A stretch of DNA of 64,000 bases, taken from positions 1,665,910-1,729,909 of the forward strand of contig CM082589.2 of the NCBI GenBank assembly GCA_040954595.2. The letters are read 5' to 3'. The notes under the pieces are model-generated. The model had not been told where the DNA came from. It did not search any database and saw nothing but the letters and a program-made list of their open reading frames with translations. Made by a program: the position numbers and the translations under genes. The first letter of the stretch is position 1. Every line of letters begins with the position of its first letter. The stretch comes from Balanoglossus misakiensis. Its lineage: Eukaryota; Animalia; Hemichordata. Below, one piece after another: positions 55,701-64,000 of this stretch.

Positions 55701-58700
55701 TCAGTAATAATATTGATGACGTTAAAACTTAAATTTCCCCATAATTTAATGAAAATCACACATGTACCCATCTCTCAGTAAATGTCACTTTTGTTCTAAA
55801 TTCTAGCTCGGAGAAAACTCACTTGTTTAAGTCGCTCTACAACATGGGTGGCTGGAACGAGGATAATTTAATTGTTAGGTCACAACCTAATTTTCCCGCG
55901 CCATTTATTTTGACGACAGGGGATCGTTAGAGCTTAAACCAGCTGCTGTGTCGCGCCGTGCCAACGATCGAACGCACTCATCTTGGATGTGCTGTTTCAG
56001 ATAGCTATCAGCAAATTCACTGTACACTCTAGTTCCTGGGTGTATTTTTTTTCAAATATTGGGGAAAGTGTTAAATTTTTACTAATTTGTGAATTATGGA
56101 CCTGGAGCCCAGCGAGGCGCAGAAATAAGCCTGGAGACATGGTGAACGTGACAATACAGTCCATTGTTCATGTACTTCATCGACGCGCCTCTATGATTAA
56201 TTTAACACCTTGAAGCACATTGCACGTTCTCACGCTTTATTTTCACCAGATCTGCTACACCGCCGAATTTTCCCGCTTAATATGTTAATATACCGAAGTT
56301 CGATCATTGGTTCTTGGCAAATCGAAAGGTTCGTCTGAAAGGGTTTGTAATATGTCACAAATGCGCTAAAGATATCCCCGTGTGCGAATTTTTGCAGTTC
56401 ACCAAAACATATGGCCGTACACGAAACGTTGACAAAGAATCTGATCTAAACATTCTAATAGGGAAATGCTATGATTTGTAGACAACAATATAACCATCGC
56501 TATCAACAAGTTCTACATTCACGGGACGTTCTATAGGCGTCCATAGAGCATCGCGTCAGCAACGCACGCCACCCGTGTCGCAAATTATGATGAACGCTTT
56601 TGTGTCAAAATGAATGGCCTGTGATGCAACCGTTTCCATGGCTGCATTATGACGATAAATTTGAAATATTATATACAGCAGTGATGACAAAATAATTGAA
56701 ACTACAGTATTGGGTCGATTAATTTTTCCATTTCTGAGCTAAAGTTACCCATGTCCTTTATAGCGTTTTATACGTGTTCCCATGGCAAATGAATAGAACG
56801 GCGATCTTGTCCATATGGTTGCTCGTCTACCGTTAACGGGAGGTGGAAGGGGGTATTGTCGGCTAGCTTAAGTTCCACCAGTCGCGCACTTACAAAGACG
56901 CCATTGGGCTGAGAGCTGCAATTTGATTAAAGTCCCATTAGCTGTAACGTTTGGCTAGGTTTACTTGGTGTGTGTTGGGGGGGGGGGAGGTGCCTACTGC
57001 TATATTTGGATACCTGACAGTATATTTTTAAACGAAGACATTTATTTGCAAGTCGTGAAGTGCATTTGTTGTTTGTAGTTTTCAATCTTTTTTGCATAAT
57101 AATGTCACAGATCCAATTAAAGTTAAATTTAGTAACTTTACACAAAAACAGGATTTCATAAATTGGAAGAATGGATCTTCGTAGTTTTCTGAAAAAAAGA
57201 AGAGATATCCCCGTTTTTCTGACTTGATCCATTAAATAGAGTGTTTCAAACCACATTATATTGCACTCAGCACAAAATTATTTTTTGAGAGGAGGTGGTA
57301 AAAAGTTCAGCAAATAAAGTAAATGGACCTATAAGAAAATACGAGTTCACCCTTCGTCGAACTGTACGGCGATTATTGATCAGGAACACCAGCTATAACG
57401 GTTTTATTGATTCGTGTCGGGCGTTGCGGCTTACTTTTGTCGGTCTCGACCCGAAGGAGGTAGAGTTGACTATTATTCATAGTCCGAATCATGGCGCTTC
57501 TTGGGGTTGAATTCGATTTGATACACGGTATTTCAGTGAATGGTTACTGATGGAGATTTAGGTCCGGACATAAATCATTTTTTTCAACTCACTGATGTTC
57601 AATCCCGTTGAGAACATCGCTGAAATTATTGGATGGGTTCGGTTACATTTCACTCTCACATTCATATTCACATTCACTTTCAAATTCTCAGAATTATTAA
57701 AGCCCCCTGCAGCCTTGTGGTGTATATATTTTTGAAATTCATCGATTTGTTTTGCGTTTTGAATTTAGGTCGACAACCGACGTTTGCCTCGACTCGTACA
57801 TTTGCATGATTTTGAAACTGATTTGCTGTAAACGTTCATCAGGCGTTTTTCGCGGGAAAGTGTTGAATGCTAACGGATATTGGTACTCGGTTATAGCAGT
57901 CGACATACCGTGACAAGCAGCGTGCTGTCCGCTTTGTAATGAAGGAGGCCACATTTTTACAGTTTCTTTGCCTTCACAAATTCAATCAGAGTATATTACT
58001 AATCAAACCAAAAGGTCATAACATATACCGAGATCTTTGAAATATGGAAATCAAAACCAACAAAGAAATTTCAACTTATTCGCAAATTCAGTGAAGCCCC
58101 TAATCTGCTGCTTTGATTTCAAATCAAGGCAATTGAAAATAACGTCAAGTTGGTAGAGTTATGGGAATATATTACTATTTTATCGCTAATAAAGTGTCTG
58201 GGTAAAACTACTGGTAGGCAGGCTTCGTAGTATCTGGTAACGTGATATTTCTGCAATTAATTTTGTTACGAGGTGTATGTCGTGACGCACAGCTGAACGT
58301 ATGGTTGCATGCGATCAGTATTCAAATTTGCCCCATTTACAACTATTATTGGGGTATTACTGGAGAACCGTAATTTTCTAAAGCACTCATGGGTGCTTTC
58401 TGCCTGAACTCAGAATAAACGAGTCCAAATTGTTGCCGCGAAAAAAAAAAGTCGTTCTTGCTGGTTTGTCATTTTCCCGCCACTTTTTCCCGCGCGACCG
58501 ATCAGCTTATTCGCGCCATGATCTTCGTTTTGAGAAAGAATTTCTATTTTTGTCTCGAAATTGATACTTCTTTATCCGAACTGATTTTAAGATGCGACTT
58601 TATCAATACCTAGGCTACGATGGTCACATCCTAAATTAGCCAGACCCCTCCCTCTGAAATTGAACGTTCTCATTCGTGATTGTAAAGTTCTGTCACTGAT

Positions 58701-60751
58701 GGCGCTCTGGTGAAAGAGGTTATCGTGCTATATTTATGCAAATATCTACTACTTTGATTGCCTTCAAGGACTTTCTATTATTGAATTTGACTCACACCCC
58801 GGAATAAATATTTTTTTTTAAATAGTACGGGTTTCGCGATAATGGTAAAGCTGGGCCCTGCTTTCGATTTCACATGCATTACTGTTTACGTCGCAGAACA
58901 CTATTGTCGTTAATGGTATTTTTGTCAAAATTAAAACATGGCTGGGGGGGGGGGGGCGTTTGCCGAGAAAGAAGTTGTATCGAGCCAGCAATTGATTGCG
59001 CCACGTCGCGCGGAAGATTCACACTTCGACGAAAATGGGAAATCGATTTTGACGAGTAAACTCCGCGCCATAAAAATTACCATCATCAGTGGCGTGCTAA
59101 AATGATTTTCGAACATGCTTAGTCGAAACTCCATGTAAAGCTCCCGCCAAAACTATCACGACTGAACTCGAGTTTCACATTGAAAAGAAGCTCAGTTATG
59201 TGTCTCTCTAGATTGCTTTGTGCTTGTGTGTGTGTGGGGGGGGGGGGGTAATGGAGTATTTCTGTCCCGTATAAGCTTTGCCTTCCATGGGGGGTGAAGC
59301 GAAGGTTTCAAAGATGGAAACAAATTTCCAAACGCGTTTTATTTTCTGAATAGCACGCCTTCTTCCCAGGAATTCCTTGTGGGCAGACTCGCGCCACTAC
59401 TGAGTGGGTTGCCCCTGGCGACAAGATTCATGCTATCGTGAAATTTTATGTCGTTTGTATTGATTTTACGCTTGATTTTCTTCGTCGTGTCAAAGGTTTA
59501 GATTGGCGCCGCCAGGCACTCCGAACTGGACGATTGACAAAATCAAAATGGCGTCCCGCCTTGGCTCAACTGATATAGCACGTTCCGTGGGCAAACTAGG
59601 TGAAGCAAATTAGATCAACCGAAGATCGTATTTGCCGAAGAGTGTAAACTAAATTTCGCGAAGTGTTTAATAATTCAATAGATTGTCAGAACTTTACCGC
59701 TCAGCCTAATATTATATCAAAATTACATCCGTCAATGAAAACAAAAACAAAAATGATATTAATTTCCCCGACGTGTGACTTGAATGCTTAATGTAGACCG
59801 ACGACCGAGCAATTTGTTTTTCAGAATGAACTAAAATTTATTACCAGGTTATCACCATGGAAAACAAATTTTAGGCGGTCCACATTATTGGAAAACGACA
59901 TCACCGTTCACAAGATTCGTCTAGCTATGATTTTTATTGCGTTTTGGTATTCTTTCGGGCGCGATGAATCTTGACCCGCGTTTTAATTTTGGCGCGAATT
60001 AACCAGGGAATTGCGATTCCAGTGATTACGTCGCACACAGCTTTCTTCGGCGGTGTTTCTCATTTCGAATACAGCCTGTGAACGATGAATCCCGCGAGAG
60101 GCGGGTCGGTGCAGTTCCATGCATAGTTATTAATGGCAGCGAAAGCCGCGGCAAGCAGAGTTCAACTCCATCAATGACACGGTGGCGACTGAGCACTCTA
60201 TGCAAATTTGCTGTGACCTATTGATTTCTCGAAACGGTAGATTCAATTTCAGCTGTGTCCGTGTCCCGTTTTCTTCCGCGCCCAAATTTGCGGACGGTTG
60301 CGCTGAATTTTGAGAAGGAAATTAATTTGGGATGTGACATAATACCAGCATCTCGTTTTTGGAGCGTGAAATTGACAGATTAAACCATTCCGATGAGTTT
60401 TATATTAACCAGTCGGCGTTCTTCTGTAAAACCAGCAGACGATCAGCGTCAAGTGCAGGTGAAACCTGCGCGCGCATTGATATGCAAATATGAGATCCGA
60501 GAGTGGAACCGTAATCATGCGCCGTCCCGTTTCGAGGATTAGTATATTGCTGCGAAAGCAATCACTATAGCAACGCAATAGTTATTCTCCGTTCGTGCTG
60601 TACACCTCCTTGTAAGACACTAAAGTTACGACATCTATCGGATAAATCCCCGTGCAGGGTTCAACAAAATATCTCAAACATTCTAACTAGGCCTATATCT
60701 TTGACAGAACATGAAGCGAGAACAATTTTTGAGTTAGCCATCTTTTGTTAA

Positions 60752-60836
60752 CCCTTTCACTCCCAGTTCCTCCTTTAGAGGTCCAACTTTACCACTGAAA
60801 ACAATAGACTTAGACTAAACCATGTTGGTGAAAGGG
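60752..60836. mobile_element. 85-bp piggyBac-type MITE, copy 2 (opposite orientation)
   Basis: TTAA-CCCTTTCAC...GTGAAAGGG; same length as and similar to copy 1; right TTAA degenerate. Confidence 0.7.
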
Positions 60837-63800
60837 AAAAACGCCTCGGACCATGCAATCATTCCCATTTTTTAATTGACAGGTTTAACGCGACGGTTTA
60901 ATTACACGCTGGCTGGTGTTACTGAAGTTGTCAATGACAACCCAGGGAATTACAGAAGCCCTATAGATTCGAGGTCGTAGAAAAGAAGTCCTCCACGGCC
61001 TTTAAAAGATATTAGTCCCTTGATTGAATGCAAGAAACCCGGGTTTTTCTCTAGGGATGGGAGTATCGCCCCTACCTCCCCCTAGAAGCCAATCAAAATG
61101 CATTGTATTGTAAAAATTACGTGTCTGACGTGTGGGTCCTGTACCTCTGGCGAGAACTTGAATCGAGAGTCTATGTTCTATGGCAGCAACTGGAAGCTCG
61201 GTGTAAGGGTAATCGAATTCGACGCATGTGGTCCGCGCATCTCTCCCTCCAACGCACTGAATACCCACTGGTAAGAAAAACAAAAATCTCGATTCACAGC
61301 CAAAAGCGTGGAAGGAAAGCAAAAATTGTCATGTTTCTTACTCCGTAGAGTCGTGTTGTTGTTTTTAATCTCTTAAAATGTGCTATAATGACTTACGAAT
61401 GAACTGACTTGTCGAAAATGAAATGACTGATCTTTGCATCGCCTTTAATTAAGAAATCCGGGAGATGTTCAGCCGGGTGCAAAAAAGTAGACGACAGCAG
61501 AATTGGCGCGAATTTCTCATGTCAAAAACCACAGAGCCCGCAGACTGATGACTTAGCAATGCATAAAATATCGGATTGGAATGTTACTTTATTTTGCTGA
61601 CGGCAAGCGTCGTTTTTTACATTCAGACACGCTATCCTACGCACTTCATGAGGTGTACGCCGATTTGAAAATTATATCGATAGCCCGAGCGCGGTCACGT
61701 GACGTTTGGGATAATGAGAGGGCTTGGGGCAAAGGCCGGGACGAGTATCTGTTGGGAGCTGTAATCGCGGCATGGTATCATATTCACATACGGGGCCTTT
61801 CCAACTTTTTCTCGGGTATTTGTATTCGAAAACTCAAGAGATTTTCTGTGAGAAAGTCATAAAAAATGATTTCTAGTAACCACGGTAATAACACGAGGTT
61901 TCGCCTCCGAATTGACCAGAGTTGCCACCATCCACGCCATTTTGCGATCGCCTTGACGTCATCGAGTCAGGCCGACCTCGATTTCGAATAGATACAGTCG
62001 GCCATGTCAGTGAAATTGTTCTCTTATCGATAGAAATGTTCTAGTTTCAAACAAAAAACTAAGATACGTCTAAAGAATATTGTACTTATGAGATAATCTT
62101 TGCGCCTCAAATCACGACAAGCTATACACGCGAATCAGGGACGTCGGTCTGCCGACTGGGAAATGTTCCCGATTGATTTTGGCGGGATAATGGTTGCGCA
62201 GACGACACATACGTTTCTCTTGTCAAAAGCTTGGTACGGTGAATACACCTATCGCCCGCGTGCATTCTATTCAGCGGAGCAACAAATTATGCACGTATGG
62301 CGGTATTAAAACCGAACAAGATTAATGAGGGACTGACAAAGCCGTGGCGACCTTTGCAGAATTGAAAAAAAATCTTAAAATCGGTGGATTCATGTTTTTT
62401 TATCGCAGAGGATGCTGCCCCAAAGCAGATAACGATATGTGTACAAAATACGGTTGCATTTGGTCGTACGGCATATTGATGGTTTATCGTTTCCCTTGGC
62501 AATAAGAAGTATTAATAATCACGAAATATTTACTGGCCGCCAAAGGCTCTTTTCCCTTTTGGAATTTAGTTCATGACACAGAGCTGGTTTGTTGTGTTGG
62601 ATCGAGAAATGAATGAAAGCAATTTGACAGTGAATTCTCTCCTGTAGGCATGTTTATATTTTGTTCATTGGCGCGCTTTTACATGAATTGTATTGACATA
62701 TCTAACCGGGCTTTTTTGTCGCTGGTTGGCAGAATATGAGAAAAGGCAGAAATTTGGTCTTCCGCTTCTATGATTGCATGTTAATTTCACGCAGTGAAGT
62801 TCGGGTGGAGAACTGCTCGCGTATAAATAAAATATTAACGCAAAGCACGGAATTTTCCACGGTAGCTAACGTTTTCATCATGTGAAGTACTCGCTGGACG
62901 TTTCTACATTTTTGTTTCGAGAATGGTAACACATGATACGGGGGCTTTAATACAACTACGCATGGTTTCGTTGTTATGTCTATTTCCAGCGAGGAATAAA
63001 ACTGAAAAATACCCACCCAGAATTCGATTCACGACGAAAAAGCAATAAGCCCTTCGCAAATTCCCAGACAAAATGTTGGAAAATTATTGTTGACAGACTC
63101 TAAAGACTCCACAGAAATTGTTCCCCTGGGGCCAGTAACCTGTAATCTATTTGCAATCGAATAATGTGTGTTAAGATGGTGGGGCGTCGTCGGTCCCATT
63201 ATTAGTGATATAAATTGCCGTAGTGATTTGAAGCAACGTTCAGAGAGCTTTGCTTTGTCTCCTGGGAATACACACACTGGCGACTTCGCAACCTCTCGCG
63301 AGATTAGACTCCATTTCGTGCGAGATTACGAGTTTGGGCTGAGGATGTTTCTTTCATGGCAGTTTTTTTTTCCATTTCCTTTTTTGGTTATCTGGGTTAT
63401 TTTCTCGTTCACAATATTTCTGTTTTGATAAAATGTTTTGAGTATATACAGATCTCGAAGTCACGTTTTTGTTATACCGACTTAATATGGGTCATTATAG
63501 CAAATTTCCATTACAGCACTTGTGGGCGGTATTGCAAATACGTAGAGCCAGAATTGACGTACGAATTCACGACAGGCCTAAAGGTGGCGCTCTTGATGCA
63601 ATATCGAAAGTTAAAAAATTCACTCACACCGCTGTGGGCGCTGTTACTACAACTTTTGTTTTTGGAATCCATGGCAATGAGTCAGAGTTCTGAGACACGT
63701 GCCAGACACGCCAGAAACGTCTTTTCTTTCGAAAACATCCGCTGCTCAGGCCGCTGACATCGTAAAATACTGAACTTGCGGTCGTTAATACCAGTGTGTT

Positions 63801-64000
63801 TTCTATCCGTTCCCGTGGAAACTACAGAAGTTTGTTGCCGCCATTAAAACACCCTGTCACAGATGTTTGCAGTAGAGAATAAAATAATCTATGATGGGAA
63901 TCCGCGGTGTCTCATCTTGATGTTGGTCGCTGGCGGCGCATCAAATGATTTGGGGACAACGATAGAAATATGTCTTATCCTCGACAACTAAACCTCACCA

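Noticed and set aside
51239-64000. Further NOL4 exons or known miRNA hairpins
   Set aside because: None could be recognised by eye. Absence is not proven and needs spliced alignment and an Rfam/miRBase search.

Overview
This window is eukaryotic (metazoan) genomic DNA with GT-AG spliceosomal introns. The gene content and style suggest an invertebrate deuterostome such as a hemichordate, but that is inference. The first ~16 kb holds four genes packed on the minus strand. (1) The 5' ten exons of CYB5R4, which runs off the left edge. (2) A complete 14-exon PRIM2 (DNA primase large subunit, ~534 aa). (3) An intronless 749-aa TRIM-NHL gene (RING, two B-boxes, coiled coil, filamin, NHL) nested on the same strand inside PRIM2 intron 9. 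(4) A DM-domain (DMRT) gene whose post-DM tail resembles vertebrate DMRT1. After ~15 kb of intergenic DNA, a divergently transcribed NOL4/NOL4L ortholog begins on the plus strand; three exons were found, the first intron is 18.5 kb, and the gene probably continues past the right edge. Non-coding features include two inverted copies of an 85-bp TTAA/CCC...GGG piggyBac-type MITE, compound trinucleotide microsatellites, palindromes and recurrent octamer motifs. There is also a visible switch from CpG-poor to CpG-rich sequence at about 13.3 kb. All exon boundaries were read by hand and checked for phase; no database searches were run.
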